Position numbers and translations under genes: made by a program. The notes under the pieces are model-generated. The model had not been told where the DNA came from and searched no databases. It saw only the letters and a list, made by a program, of their open reading frames with translations. Of a stretch of 64,000 nucleotides of DNA, positions 1 through 12,230 are shown in pieces. Positions within the stretch are counted from its first letter, which is position 1; every line of letters starts with the position of its first letter. This DNA comes from Patellaria atrata CBS 101060 (Eukaryota), in NCBI GenBank assembly GCA_010093705.1, contig MU006089.1, positions 2,033,561 through 2,097,560 of the forward strand. The letters are read 5' to 3'.

Positions 1-290
1 ACACCGCTACTAAAGAGGACATATTCTCGGATTACTCCGACGAGGGAGACGATGATAGTGTACTATCTTCGCGCACTCCGTGCGATTTTCCAGAGTATGA
101 CGACGAATTTTCGGACGCTGAAAGCGAATCTTAAAGAGCATAGCGATGAGCTTTCAGATGATGATACCGAGTATGAAGAAATACAGAGCTAGGATTGTGA
201 ATAAGACAGCTTCTGAAGAATAAAGAGACACAATATGACTGTGACTGATTCAGTGAACTGGAGTGGCTGGAGCACTTCAGTCTGAAAACC
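1..290 (+). pseudogene. Acidic C-terminal remnant of a decayed gene running in from the left edge
   Basis: Reads TATKEDIFSDYSDEGDDDSVLSSRTPCDFPEYDDEFSDAESES* to 134. In a shifted frame it continues EHSDELSDDDTEYEEIQS*DCE*DS. The D/E/S-rich tail resembles that of the neighbouring F-box pseudogene. Confidence 0.35.
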
Positions 291-666
291 CTGTTCGAAG
301 ATGTAGCCGCCATTTTCGAATACTCCCTCTTATGTTATGGCATCTTTCTCAGTTGCTGTACATTCGCTCTCAAAATAGCTTCCGGCTCTTTGTACAAGAA
401 AAGCTTGAATGAACAAAAGATGCCCAGCATTTCGTAGGACTTGGCCATATGGACGCTGAAAACGTCTCTCAATAATTATCCCAACTGGGATAATGAATAT
501 GATCAACGGTGAAAGAAATATGCACAGTAATAAGGCCTACGATACCAACCACGTGAGTGATACAACCTAGAAAACGCGTACCGTTTCGAAAATTCGCAAC
601 TCCGACGGGACTCATAATCGAAAAAACAATTCGGCTCCGTGACCGAAACGACCAACGAATGCGACA

Positions 667-2294
667 ATGGATCACATCAACACGCTCCCGAATGAGCTGC
701 TTCAAAAATCGCGTTCGCTGTCGTTGATGGATCCAAATCAATACCAGATCTACTGTCCATGTCACTCGTATCCCGCAGATTCCACGTTATCACAAAATGA
801 GCTTTGTATAGAGATATTACTGTGGAGGACTCTTGCGATAAGATCGTCTGCCTTGCCCGTGCTATACTGGATTATGAAGAGGTAATAGAGGTGGCTCGGA
901 GTATCAAGTCGATAAGAAGCAATTGTTTTGCTTTGGTAAATCGCAACCACAAGAAATCGTACACTAGAGTCGATCCAGACGAGATAAGCTGCAATATACG
1001 CCGTATATGGGGGTTCAAGGATGAGGATTCTATTCTACCTAGACTTAAGCTACTCTTACGGGAAGAGATTCCCAATGTTGAGTGGAAATCTGACCACGAT
1101 AGCAGAGATGCCCACACAGCCTTTATCTTAATCCTTCTTCAACTAAGCAAGCTAGAATCGGTTGAGATGCCTTTACCTACGTTCGGAGACGTCTCTTTGA
1201 AGTCGTTATGCTAAGAAACCAACAGTCGGGGGTGGGATTAGGTCGCCAGACATTGCGTCAGCTGCTCATCAGGGGTAATAAGCCAGCAAGTAAGAGCATA
1301 TGCACTGGCCGGTATCCGCTATACCTGGAACAAAATTAATACCACAACGACACGATGCGATTACCAGACCGTAACTCGCCTTTGGCTACCCTTCAGACCC
1401 TTCACATAGCCCGCTGCAGCACCAACGTTGACTTAGTCTGCAACCTTCTTGAGGATTGTGTAAAACTCCAATACCTCACACTATACAAGGTTCATCGTAC
1501 GCATTCAATGGACAAGTCTCGTAACCTTGACATGTCTATAAGCTCATTGGGAGATAATTTGAGGTCGTTAGCATGCGTATTGAGTACAGTCAGTATACTC
1601 CGGTCTTCCTTAAAGGGATTCAAAATGCTATTCTCAGTTACTATTGACGAATGGTAAGTATCCAAACTCGCACGCAATCACGGGGACCCGTTCGCGTCAC
1701 TACCTCTTAGTACCAGAGAAATAAATATGAAGGCCGTGAGCCAAGAGGACCTGTATTTCCTTTTCGGTCACGTATCCATGTTGCCGACGCTCAAAGTTAC
1801 CGAACTTTTGCCACAGCTTCAAATCGTGCGTCTCTACATCAAGGGTAGCATTACAGAGACTAAGTACGCACACACCGTCTGGACACTGGTTGAGGATATC
1901 AAAGAAATCTCTCAAGTCTTCCTCGATGCTGGTATAAAACTTTTGATCTGTGCTTACGAATGGAAAAAGAGCCTCAACTAGATCTTGGAGCGTAATAGCC
2001 CGCCAGAAAATGATTTCTCTAGCTACAAGTCAAGTAATGCGGGCGACTTGGACGATTTATATCGTTTCAACTCCGATCATTATCCTAGTGTACTTGGGTG
2101 CCCTGACGACTCGAGTGACTCAGAAGATATGGATGATTCAGACGGTTCAAACAGTTCGGACGGATCAGAGGACTCAGAAGATTCAGACGATTCAGAGACC
2201 GGAAGGTTTAGCGTACTTGGACGACTTAGATGACTCTTCATCAGACTACTCACAAGACTCTAATGACTTTGATGACTCCTCATCAGACGACTGA
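667..2294 (+). pseudogene. F-box (LRR-like) protein pseudogene with acidic tail
   Basis: Adding one A to the A-run near 704-708 restores a typical fungal F-box: MDHINTLPNELLQKIAFAVVDGSKSIPDLLSMSLVSRRFHVITK*ALYRDI. In-frame stops lie at 798 (TGA), 1337, 1655 (TAA) and 1979 (TAG). ORFs 1355-1657, 1727-1981 and 1985-2233 share one frame, and the gene ends in SDD-rich repeats. Confidence 0.75.
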
Positions 2295-3071
2295 AAGGAC
2301 TTGGACACCTCGAACGCCTCGAACGTAGTATGGAGGGAAATTTTAATCATGCCGCCCAAAGGAATGGAAGTAACAAAATTAGGACGTCTAAGTATAACAC
2401 AACCGGCCTAGAATATAGCAAGTTTCTTTATGTGTAGTAGAGCATGGCGAAGAAGTATCGGATGATCACATTACAGCTACCAACTGGCTTTACCTTTTGC
2501 CGGGGACGGTCTTCCAATCAAATACGCAGGCTGGATGCTGTTACTGCAAGATTACTCTGGACAATAATATTGTCTAACGATATCAGGTTCATGGTTGAGG
2601 ATTTCTTCCATCTTCCCTCTTTCAAAACGCTGACGGTCCTTCCTCCAGTGTCCGTTCTAGATAGTCATTATGTGTTGAGATTCTTTGTAAATTAATTTTA
2701 GGGGAACATGGAATACACTGAGAGCAAGTAATATAACTTTCAAATACAAAAATCCACTTTATTCCCATCACAATGCTATTTCACTCAGTGGTCAGAAGTC
2801 GGCTCGTTTAACGCGATTAGAATAGGAGTAATGACTAGTATATCGAACAATAGAAGTTTGTTCTATTTCTTTCGTCTTTACTATATTTAGGTAGACAAAC
2901 AAAGAATCCCTTTCTTGTCTATAAAAGCTCCTTTAGACTGGAGTCTTTTGTATCATTTCTTTCTCCCCTCGAAGATATTTGCGTCTAGCAATCTCACTAG
3001 TTTATATTCCCACAACAAAGTCATATAATGAGTAATTCAAATAAGATCCCAATATGGAGCAGCTCCCCAAA

Positions 3072-3458
3072 ATGCACTACATCACCATCCTCCTCTCCCT
3101 CTCGCTCCCCCTGACCTTCGCCTTACCACCACACGCGAGACGTGTCACCAGAAAAGCCGACTTCAGTACTCCCTGGAACGACCCCCAGCTCCTCTTTATG
3201 TGCCGCAACGAGCACTAGGACGACTGCATACCCTTCCGGTTCCAGAACGAAGTGTGCTTCGATTTAGGAGCTAACGAGGTGCAATACAGAAATATAAACG
3301 TGCTCCTCAACACCACAGGTACGTTTTACATTCAGGAACCGACGGCCTGCTCTGTTGGAATAGCTGTGCAGCAATTTACTGCGCCTTCCGATGGGGGGTT
3401 ATTGGTGGTACCGGATATCCCGCCGATTACAAGCTTTTGGTGTTCTGGGAATGTATAG
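3072..3458 (+). pseudogene. Small secreted Cys-containing protein with a single internal TAG
   Basis: ATG at 3072 gives a signal peptide (MHYITILLSLSLPLTFA) and a basic pro-region (RRVTRK). It continues LFMCRNEH*DDCIPF... in frame with ORF 3252-3458. The only lesion is TAG at 3216-3218. Confidence 0.65.
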
Positions 3459-3687
3459 GGGGTGATACGGCTATGTGAATGTGTTTGGATATGTAAATAG
3501 TGATGGAACGACTTAGAGCTCAGTGGGACGGATTTGTGGCCCGTAAATATGAAGGTATGACCGTCATAGAGATCTAAAATTCTTTTCATTTGCTCTACAA
3601 CGAGCGCAAGGAGAAGAAACACTCAACTTTCCAACTCTATCAATAAGGCCTATTCTCCAAAACTCCGTGTTATTTATCCATATCTTC

Positions 3688-4689
3688 TTAAGCGGCCGCT
3701 ACCGGAGCCATCATAATCATGATCTGAATCGCTCGTCTACGATCAACTTCCTTCTTCAGCATGAGCAAACAGCTCGCAACTACAATCGCGGGATCAATAA
3801 TCTCCTCTGCCCCTTTCGCAAGGACCAACTCTCCACCATTTCCAGCACTACTTTTACCAGATCCTCTGGGTCTCGTGACTTTTGTCCTGACCAATTGAGC
3901 AACTTTCTTCCCTTCTGATCCATCGGCTGGTTTTGTGCGGAGGATAACTAGCGACTTTTTCTTGGGCCTTTTCTTCTTCGTTTCGGACTCTTTGTCGCTA
4001 GCTTTAGACTTCCCGTCATTAGATGCTTCGTCGCCGTCTTCGTCTTCCACATTTTCAGAAGACGAGTTTAGCACTTCATTATCGTAGCTCCACTCGAAAG
4101 CCTCCCCCGTAAGCATCACAAAGCAATGCGACCTCGACGTCCACTTTGTAGTCGTTTTGATCTCCTCTCCTATCCTCGCACCAACTAAGTCCGACCCGAT
4201 CACGTCCAGGCGCGGGTTTCGGCTAGGACCGAAAAAGTACGTCGTTCTCAGCACCTGCTTATACCTCGAATCCAGAAGAACGCTATTTCCGGACCATCTC
4301 TTCGATCGTTTCGAGATATACGCCAGGTTTCCTTCGGGATCGGAAATCGCTATCTCTAGTTCACCTGAAGGGACTGGAAGCCGGAGCCATCCTATACCGA
4401 CGGCGTTGATGATTAATCTCTTCCCGGGGGTGAAGTTGAGGTCGCCGATTTTGGGGAGTGATTCTATTGATGATATGGAATCTACTGATTGGGCTGAAAT
4501 TACGAGGTCAGCTTTATCCTGCTCGGTTAGGCTTTCGATGAGTTCATATGGTGGGGGTGATTCTTCGGCAAGGGTAGAGTCGAAGGAACTTCGATATGAA
4601 GCATTGGTGAACATTGGAGGGACATCATGATTTTCTTCAGCTCTTGAAAAGAGCTCGGGATTTTTCTCGTTCATTATTGAAGTTGTCAT
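3688..4689 (-). CDS. Hypothetical fungal protein (PPPY motif; beta-rich domain with terminal helix, possibly tubby C/LOR-like)
   Basis: Long intact ORF with first ATG at 4689 (MTTSIMNEK). Motifs TTYFFGP, GNGGEL and VVASCLLMLKKEVDRRR resemble a conserved fungal hypothetical family. Confidence 0.7.
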   Translation of the reverse strand: MTTSIMNEKNPELFSRAEENHDVPPMFTNASYRSSFDSTLAEESPPPYELIESLTEQDKADLVISAQSVDSISSIESLPKIGDLNFTPGKRLIINAVGIGWLRLPVPSGELEIAISDPEGNLAYISKRSKRWSGNSVLLDSRYKQVLRTTYFFGPSRNPRLDVIGSDLVGARIGEEIKTTTKWTSRSHCFVMLTGEAFEWSYDNEVLNSSSENVEDEDGDEASNDGKSKASDKESETKKKRPKKKSLVILRTKPADGSEGKKVAQLVRTKVTRPRGSGKSSAGNGGELVLAKGAEEIIDPAIVVASCLLMLKKEVDRRRAIQIMIMMAPVAAA

Positions 4690-5682
4690 CTTTAATGAGA
4701 CAATGCTTTTAATGTTGAGGAATGACTTGGACAAATAGGAAATCTACAGCTGTCTAAAGGGTTCTCAGGAGAAATGCTAAGAGATATATGTTTTTGCGTA
4801 GACTGCTAGTAATACAGAGCATACGTACGTAACCTGCCGCAAGCTGGTGGCCATGATAGCGGTCAGATTGGTGAAGTGCCGGCCAGGAGTAGGGAGTTAC
4901 AGCTAAGGCGTTCTTTTCGAGGCTGTGTCGTCTCGAACTAGAAATACTTGCGAAAGAGCCAATGAAGTAGCGAGATTTTCCTTAAGTCACTCGGCTAAGA
5001 CCCGTTTAATATTCCCTGTACTAAATGTTCCCTTGCTCTCAGGAGTTAGGGATCAGGAGAATCTTCGCATTGCTTATACAGTATTGAGTATCCACTGCTT
5101 CATACTGTACGTACTCAGTATAAGTACAGAGGTATACCTCGTGTACTCCCATCTTGCTTTAATAAGTAAGAAATTTGAGAAGATACGATTCATATCATGA
5201 TGATTGCTCGAGGGAGACCAGTTGATGATCTAAACTTGTCAAATGTGGATCTTCGGGTGCACAGAGTACCACAAAAAGAACTGCGAACTGGATGAGAACT
5301 CCAATCTCCAATATCGTAACTTACATACGGAAGTTCATCTCGAAAGGCCCATAGCTATAATCATATTCTATACTGTATTTATCATGATTGAACTTAACTT
5401 GCAGACCTCCAGGAGTTATGAACGAAATATGGGGATTAATCCGGTTGTCCACTCTTGTCTGCCTTGTCCCACGAGTTTTGGCTAACAAAATGTTCTACGT
5501 TCGATGAAGTTTGTCCTGCATGTCGTCTGATTAAGCTTAGTTGGATCATCATCGCTGGGTTCGGCGGGTGGTATTCCCGATTCCCAGCTCGTGCCAGGGC
5601 ATCTCAATCTTATCAGATCGTATCTTTCCTGTACATCTAACTTGACATCTACTTCACGTTCCACAGCCGGATTTAAGGTGAT

Positions 5683-7620
5683 ATGGATGGTAACACAGAT
5701 TGGTTCTGGAAAGTCGTTCGAATATCTCTGACCGTAAACCTCCCTGACCATCCTTCCGATGTACAACTCGAATCCACCTCCAACCCCGAGCGCGGAGGGC
5801 AGTTGAAGAACATCCGACAGATTATCGCAGCCGTTCTGTTCTCTAGAAGATTCGTTCTCACGTATAATGCGGTGCTCATATTCATATTATTGCTAGCAGC
5901 TGTTTTGCACCATGGAAGAATAATACTTCATACCAGAAAGCGGGGTATCCAAAATGCAAGAGCAAGGGAATATCTGAAGGATGACAATGGAAAAGAAAGC
6001 GCTAGTGTGCAGATCTTGGAAGGGAATGATGAATATGAGACGCCGTCATCATCTTCAAGTAGCACATTACAAGGAACCAATACTCCGCTAGATATCGCCA
6101 AGTCTACCGTGGACGACGAGCGAAAGCCATTACTTACTAGGCAAATGCCCGAGCAGAAGCCGCAACGAACTATATCTAGTGTAATAAAGGGATGGCTCAT
6201 GTATCAGCCCCAAAATATGCCTCTCTTCAACAAAGTTTACCCTTCAAACGCTACATCACTGGGCATCCTAGCTTTTCTCGGCCTGAATATGTTCTATTTG
6301 TTCTACCGGCATGAGTTGGCAATCTCAGTCTTTATACTCGCGGACAGAGCTGGTCTCATGTTCGTAGCTAATCTACCAGTATTATATTTCTTAGCCGCAA
6401 AGAATCAACCTCTCAAACTCTGTACCGGATACTCCTATGAAGCACTCAATATCTTCCATCGACGATTGGGAGAGCTTATGTGCATGTTAGCACTAGTCCA
6501 CGCTGGCGGCATGCTGGGCGTATGGTACACCATCCTTCGGCCCCTGGGATGGACATTGATCCGTTATACCAGCTCGAAGATCATCGTCTTAGGCATAATT
6601 GCTTTATTCTCCTACGAGATACTCTACCTCACCTCCCTCAGCAGTTTCCGTCAGCGCTGCTACGAGCTCTTCCTCTCCCTGCACATCATCCTCCAAACCG
6701 TTGCCCTTATCTGCCTCTTCTTCCACCACCACGATGCCCGACCATATGTCTTCATCGCCTTCCTCATCTTTCTCACCGATCGTCTCGTCTTCCGCCTCTA
6801 CCTCAAGAGGACCACCATCCCCGCTTCCCTCCGCGTCCTCCCAGATGGTGAAACCGTCCTCATCTCCGCAAACTGGGACACCCAACGCCAAAGTCTCTGG
6901 CACCGCCTCATCTCCGCGTCCATCAAGCACGGCTGGAATCCAACCGACCATACCTTCCTCACCATCCCCTCCCTCGGACCCCGCCACACCCTCCAAGCCC
7001 ACCCCTTCACCATCGCATCCGCAGCGCCACTCTCACACGCCTGGCTCAACCTCCTCGTCCGCGCCCAATCCGGCTTCTCCCACGCCCTCCTAACCCACGC
7101 TCACCGCCATCCCACCGCGCACATCCGCCTCGACGGCCCCTACGGCTCCTCGCAGGCACTGCGCATGCTGCGAGCCGCGGACCTCGCCGTCGTCGTGGCC
7201 GGGGGCTCTGGAATCGCTGTCGCGTTCCCGCTCGTCTGGGCACTGTTGAACGCAGACGCCGATCCCGAGGCTCGTCCGCTGAGAAACCGCGGGCCGAGGA
7301 AGGTGTGTCTGCTCTGGGTCATTCACGCGCCGTTGCACCGCGAGTGGATTCCTGAGGAGCGGCTTGAGGAGTTCAGAGAGCTGGGGGCTGAGGTATTAGT
7401 TCCGGCGCCCACCGTGCAGGTCGGAAGGCCGGATGCGAGGGCTATTGTTAGGGCATGGGTTGAAGAGTATTGCGGAACTGCGGAAAGTGAGGGGGGAGGG
7501 AAAGTGAGGGTGGTTGTTAGTGGGCCTGGTGGTATGAATAGAGTTATTAGGAATGGGTGTGCGGAGTTGGCTGGGGAGGGGTGGGATGTCGGGGTTGCGG
7601 TTGAGAAGTTTGGGTGGTAG
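5683..7620 (+). CDS. Ferric/cupric reductase-like transmembrane oxidoreductase (FRE family)
   Basis: 645-aa ORF with heme-ligand helices (NIFHRRLG, VHAGG, LSLHII, FFHH), FAD motif HPFTIAS, NADPH motifs DGPYG and VAGGSGI, and C-terminal SGPGGM...EKFGW. Confidence 0.92.
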   Translation: MDGNTDWFWKVVRISLTVNLPDHPSDVQLESTSNPERGGQLKNIRQIIAAVLFSRRFVLTYNAVLIFILLLAAVLHHGRIILHTRKRGIQNARAREYLKDDNGKESASVQILEGNDEYETPSSSSSSTLQGTNTPLDIAKSTVDDERKPLLTRQMPEQKPQRTISSVIKGWLMYQPQNMPLFNKVYPSNATSLGILAFLGLNMFYLFYRHELAISVFILADRAGLMFVANLPVLYFLAAKNQPLKLCTGYSYEALNIFHRRLGELMCMLALVHAGGMLGVWYTILRPLGWTLIRYTSSKIIVLGIIALFSYEILYLTSLSSFRQRCYELFLSLHIILQTVALICLFFHHHDARPYVFIAFLIFLTDRLVFRLYLKRTTIPASLRVLPDGETVLISANWDTQRQSLWHRLISASIKHGWNPTDHTFLTIPSLGPRHTLQAHPFTIASAAPLSHAWLNLLVRAQSGFSHALLTHAHRHPTAHIRLDGPYGSSQALRMLRAADLAVVVAGGSGIAVAFPLVWALLNADADPEARPLRNRGPRKVCLLWVIHAPLHREWIPEERLEEFRELGAEVLVPAPTVQVGRPDARAIVRAWVEEYCGTAESEGGGKVRVVVSGPGGMNRVIRNGCAELAGEGWDVGVAVEKFGW

Positions 7621-7966
7621 GTGTGCTTGTAGATGATAGACATGTGGGTAGCAGGTGTACATATGGGTGGTAAGTGCATATAGGGGGTAAGTGTGCGTTT
7701 AATGAAGGATGAACTTATTAAGACGTAGGTTGGTGGGATTGAATGAAGTGATGATCATATGAAGAAGTGTTAATAGCATGCTCTGAGTTCGTAGCTGCGT
7801 TATGTTTGCTTCTTGGTTATACACATCATAAGTTGGATACCGTACATACGCGTTAGATGAGGTGGTCCTGCATAGCGCATTGATATATCATCTTCTCATA
7901 TAGCTAGTCATATCGTTCAATCTTTTATTCATCTATGTCTATTCGCCCATGTGCATTCCACATGAA

Positions 7967-9496
7967 CTACGCATAAAGACTAATGATCTCCTTCTTCTTG
8001 CTCTGCACCTCCGCAATCGCATCGACATAATTCTCGTGATTGATCTTCGACTGCCCGCTCCTCAACGCAATCATACCCGCTTCCACACACACAGCCTTAA
8101 GCTGGGCACCACCGAACTCATCCGTACTCCGTGCCAACTCATTCCAGTTAACTGCCTCATCCACCGTCATCTTCCGACTATGGATCCTGAGAATCTGAGC
8201 ACGTGCCTCTTCGTTGGGAAGCGGGAACTCGATCTTCCTGTCCAGACGGCCTGAACGGAGCAGGGCTGGATCGAGCACATCTACACGGTTGGTGGCGGCG
8301 AGCACTTTGACTCTGTCGTCAGAGGCGAAACCGTCGAGCTGATTGAGTAGCTCCAACATGGTACGTTGGACCTCACGATCACCGGACTTCTCGGAGTCGA
8401 AACGTTTTGTACCAACAGCGTCCAGTTCGTCAATGAAGATGATGGAGGGTGCTTTTTCTTTCGCCAGAGCGAAGCAGTCTCGTACGAGCTTCGCACCGTC
8501 ACCGATGAACATCTGTACGAGTTGAGGTCCGGCGAGCTTGAGGAAAGTAGCATCTGTTTGAGCGGCGCAGGCACGGGCGAGGAGGGTTTTGCCCGTACCG
8601 GGAGGACCATACATCAACGCACCTGTAGATTAAGATTAATAAACTACACTAAGAATATGAGAAGGAACTGGCATTACCCTTAGGTGCCTTGATACCGATC
8701 TTCTTGAAGCGTTCTGCTTCCTTCATCGGCCATACAACAGCCTCTACAAGCTCTTCGATCTGCTTGTCCAGCCCTCCTACATCGGTATACTTCTCTGTTG
8801 GCTTTTCATCAACCTCCATTGCCTTCACTCTGCTGTCGTACTCAGCGGGAAGTGTGTCTAGTACGAGGTAGGAGTCCTTATTAACACCAATGAGATCACC
8901 AGGTTTGAGCTTCTCGTGGTCGACAAGGCCGATGAGGGGAAGGAAGATGGTTTGTCGGGTAGATGTTTTGATAACGGCGGATTTACCAACTCGGGTGGCG
9001 TCAAGGTCGATGTTAGCGCCCTCTTCTACCGCTTCTGCTTCGACGTCTAGATTAAGGATTTCAACGACATTACCCACTAGGTATGGTAGTTGCCTGTAGA
9101 AATTGAATCAGACATCTTTCCGTATTGAATATCGGGCACAGATCACGCCCGTAAAGCATAACCAGCGAGTTCGAACGCATACCTGTTATTTTCTATCTTC
9201 TCCAGATTATCCTTTATCTTCTCTAACATCGTCGCTTTCTCGTGCATTAACCGCTGAAATTCGCTCCTCATGATTCTAGTATCATTCTCTAGTAACCGCC
9301 TCCGAGCAACGATATCTCTTGTGCTTGAGTTAAGGATCTCCTCATCTATGCCATCTTCCTCCTTCTCTTCGGCAGCATCCTTCATGTCTGTATCACCATT
9401 CTGTTCCGACTTCTTTCCATCTTTGTCATCGCCACCTTGCTTCTTCTTGTCCTCGCCTTCGCGCTCGAGATCATCAAGGTCTTCCAGTGTGGACAT
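7967..9496 (-). CDS. RPT5: 26S proteasome regulatory subunit 6A (AAA ATPase), 3 exons
   Basis: N-terminal [26 protein letters not shown], Walker A GPPGTGKT, Walker B IIFIDE, and C-terminal HbYX motif (LYA). Introns at about 9182-9094 and 8677-8623. Confidence 0.96.
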
Positions 9497-9899
9497 TGCG
9501 GCGGTGTGAGGATAAGTAGGCGGGTTTGGAGGAGGGGTGTCACAAAAAGTCTCGGAAAGCTGGACTGAGGTCCAACAAGGATTGCGGTGGCAGGTAGAAG
9601 GGGAAGAGGATGAGATTTGTGGTGTTTTGGAGCTTCAAGGTTGCTTTAGGTTGACGAGGTTACGACTGCACATTGAGGTGGCCCCAGCGGAGCTCCCCCA
9701 TGACTAAGCAATTTCTACCTTAATAACCACCAAGCGTTTTAACTATGTAAACACACAGTACGGTACCTCTCGAACGTAGAGTACATTCTGATATATACTC
9801 AATCGTTATACAATAGCCCGGTCAATACCCAGCGTGTCCGATGTAATTGTTTAATTCAATCATGCATAGACATGATAACATCTTTCAATTCCCACTGAC

Positions 9900-11559
9900 T
9901 TATTCCACGGCAAGGTATTGTAATGTCTTCTCAGGGCCCCAGTTAAGCATCTTATAACGGGATATAAAATCATCACGGTTGACTAGATAGATGATGAACA
10001 TTCATTACAGTTACGTAGATCGAGGACTTACTGTATCCGCCGCATAACCTACGCTTTCCGGAAAACGCTGCTCGCCCATGCAGGACTCTCCAGTTGTCAA
10101 AAACTAAGCATCGTTAGTTGACAGACAGAGTCTATCGAATTAGGGCATTCTTACTTAAGGGTCTCCCTGGTCGTAACTGCTCCCAATATTGGTTCTTAGG
10201 AGAATTGATAATACGCACCCATTTCCTAACAGGATAATAGCATTTCTACCACGACTAATTAAGGAATTATACATACCTTGCAGCTGCATACCAATCTTCA
10301 ACATCACCTAGAGGTAAATCAATAGCCGCTCTGTCTGAATTATTCCACCTAACTTGCAAAAGGTTTTCAAATTCCGGGTCATGATTCAGTACAGGGAATG
10401 ATCGATAAGGCTGAATACTGATACCATCGTTTCCACTAGCGTGTGAGTATACATTCACTTCGCTCAAGGTATCATATGCATATCCGTCTTCCTTTTTCAA
10501 GGTATCGGCTGCGGCGAACCCGTCGACTAATAATGATTCACCGCCCGAACCGTCAGTATGCGACAGCAAATGGAAAAGCTGGAGACCTGCTGGATCCGAA
10601 AAATATGTTGTGTCCGTATGTGCACCTAAAGCTATGTCTGTGTATGCCGTATCTTTAGAAGACAGATCGGATGTGAAGTCCCAGAATCCCCCGTAGTGAG
10701 TGTTTCTTATAAAAGCTATTCGTTCCAAGAGCTTCTCAGTGGCTTCTGGAGTAGGTGGACAACCATCAACGTAACAGAATCCGTATTGACGCTGTCAGTT
10801 ATTAGCGTGGACCGAGCCATAGCTACGGATTGCAACTCACGATTCGGTCTAACCATTGAGCAACCCCTTTTTCTGAATTCATGACTTCCTCATAAGGAAC
10901 CTCTGGTGGATTTTGTCCCACCGACGAGGTCCAGAAAGTTAGCCTAGTTAGGTCAATACTGCTTACACTATTATAGTGTTGAAGTTGTATACTCTCTCAG
11001 TCCCTGTCGAGAAACTGCGCTCTTCGAATGGGCACTTGCTGCAAGCCAACCAAGGTCATATATGCTATCATGTCCATCACTCCCTATAATAATCAATGGG
11101 TCAATCTAGAATTGAGCTGTGTCCGAGGTCATACATTTTACTTTTACATTCCGACCTTCTCTCACGCAAGAGGTGATATGAATCTCTTCGGGAATCTTGT
11201 TCACGGTCATGAATAGTACTCAAAAACGAGGACCTTGTCTTACATCAAATGTCTCTACTAGCCGCTGCTTTGTAGCTGTATGGACACATTTATTACATTG
11301 GCAGTTGTCCCTAATTTAGTGAATACAAAGGAATTGCCCTCGGTCAACGACGGTACTAACCTCAGCCACATGTCAGGCCTATAGGTGGGTAAGCGGTGAG
11401 TATTCAGATCAGGATTTCGTTAACGTACACTTCATCATACCACTTCCGACTATCATCACGTACTTTGATTGATCGGTCATTGATTCGAACCAACTCGATT
11501 TGGGGATTGGTGTTGTATTGCTCTTGACGAATGTTTGCTGTTGCGAAGCATCTCCGCAT
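9900..11559 (-). CDS. Trimethyllysine dioxygenase (TauD/GBBH family, carnitine biosynthesis), multi-exon; start uncertain
   Basis: ERIAFIRNTHYGGFWDFT, HTDTTYFSDPAGLQLFHLL, GGESLLVDGF, RWNNSDR, FDNWRVLHGR and final exon NRDDFISRY. The N-terminal exon fragments include DNCQCNKCVH (DUF971-like). Confidence 0.88.
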
Positions 11560-12147
11560 GGTACTCTGGTGGAGGATATGTCTAAATCCGTGTCTGGGAT
11601 ACAAAGCGCTTAAGGGGGTGGATTAGCTTATACGGAGGATAATGTTCATTTGCTCTGGTTTTTAAGCGTACCCCCATTGTCGCAGAGTATATTGTCCAGT
11701 TCTTAGAAGTAACATCTGTACCTGAGATTAACTGTTATAGTTTTTCCTAATCCGGTGCACTTTTCTCTCACTTTAGCTCACTTCAACTCATTCAATTTCT
11801 TGACTTCAAGGCGGAGTAATCATATGGTGTGGAATAACTAGTGGTAACTTTGATTGCAGGATAAAGTACAGAAATAGCTAATGAATCTCAATGTCGAATA
11901 TAAACTGATAAGCACCGCCTCCGAAAATAAAATACTCGTACAAGAGAGTGTAGGGCCTTTATCATATCAAAAGCTGTCCAACAAGTGGAGAAAGGATATA
12001 GTGGGGATAAGTAGGCCAAATCGGAATCTGGAACCGAAATACTCGGCTGTACTGTCCAATGTTTTTTTCCTAATCGGGATAGAAGTATTTTGTTTTATAA
12101 GAGATGAGCCGGAAATTGCCGCATGACAGTTTGTCAATTCCTCCTGA

Positions 12148-12230
12148 GGTGCCGTAGCGTAATGGCAACGCGTTGCTTTCCGGTTATAGCTGTCTGGCAA
12201 AGATTGTGGGTTCGAGTCCCATCGGCATCG
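12148..12230 (+). tRNA. tRNA-Arg(CCG) with 11-nt intron
   Basis: Acceptor stem GGTGCCG/CGGCATC, D-stem GCGT/ACGC, anticodon stem TTGCT/GGCAA with loop TT-CCG-G[TTATAGCTGTC]T, T-arm GTGGG-TTCGAGT-CCCAT. T-runs follow downstream (Pol III terminator). Confidence 0.9.

Noticed and set aside
2100..2295. Repeat-like GAT/GAC/TCA array resembling spaced repeats
   Set aside because: It encodes the Asp/Ser-rich tail of the F-box pseudogene. It is not a CRISPR-like array, and the context is eukaryotic.
6480..7679. Many overlapping S/P- or G/R-rich ORFs
   Set aside because: Shadow frames caused by the extreme C/G skew within the ferric reductase gene.
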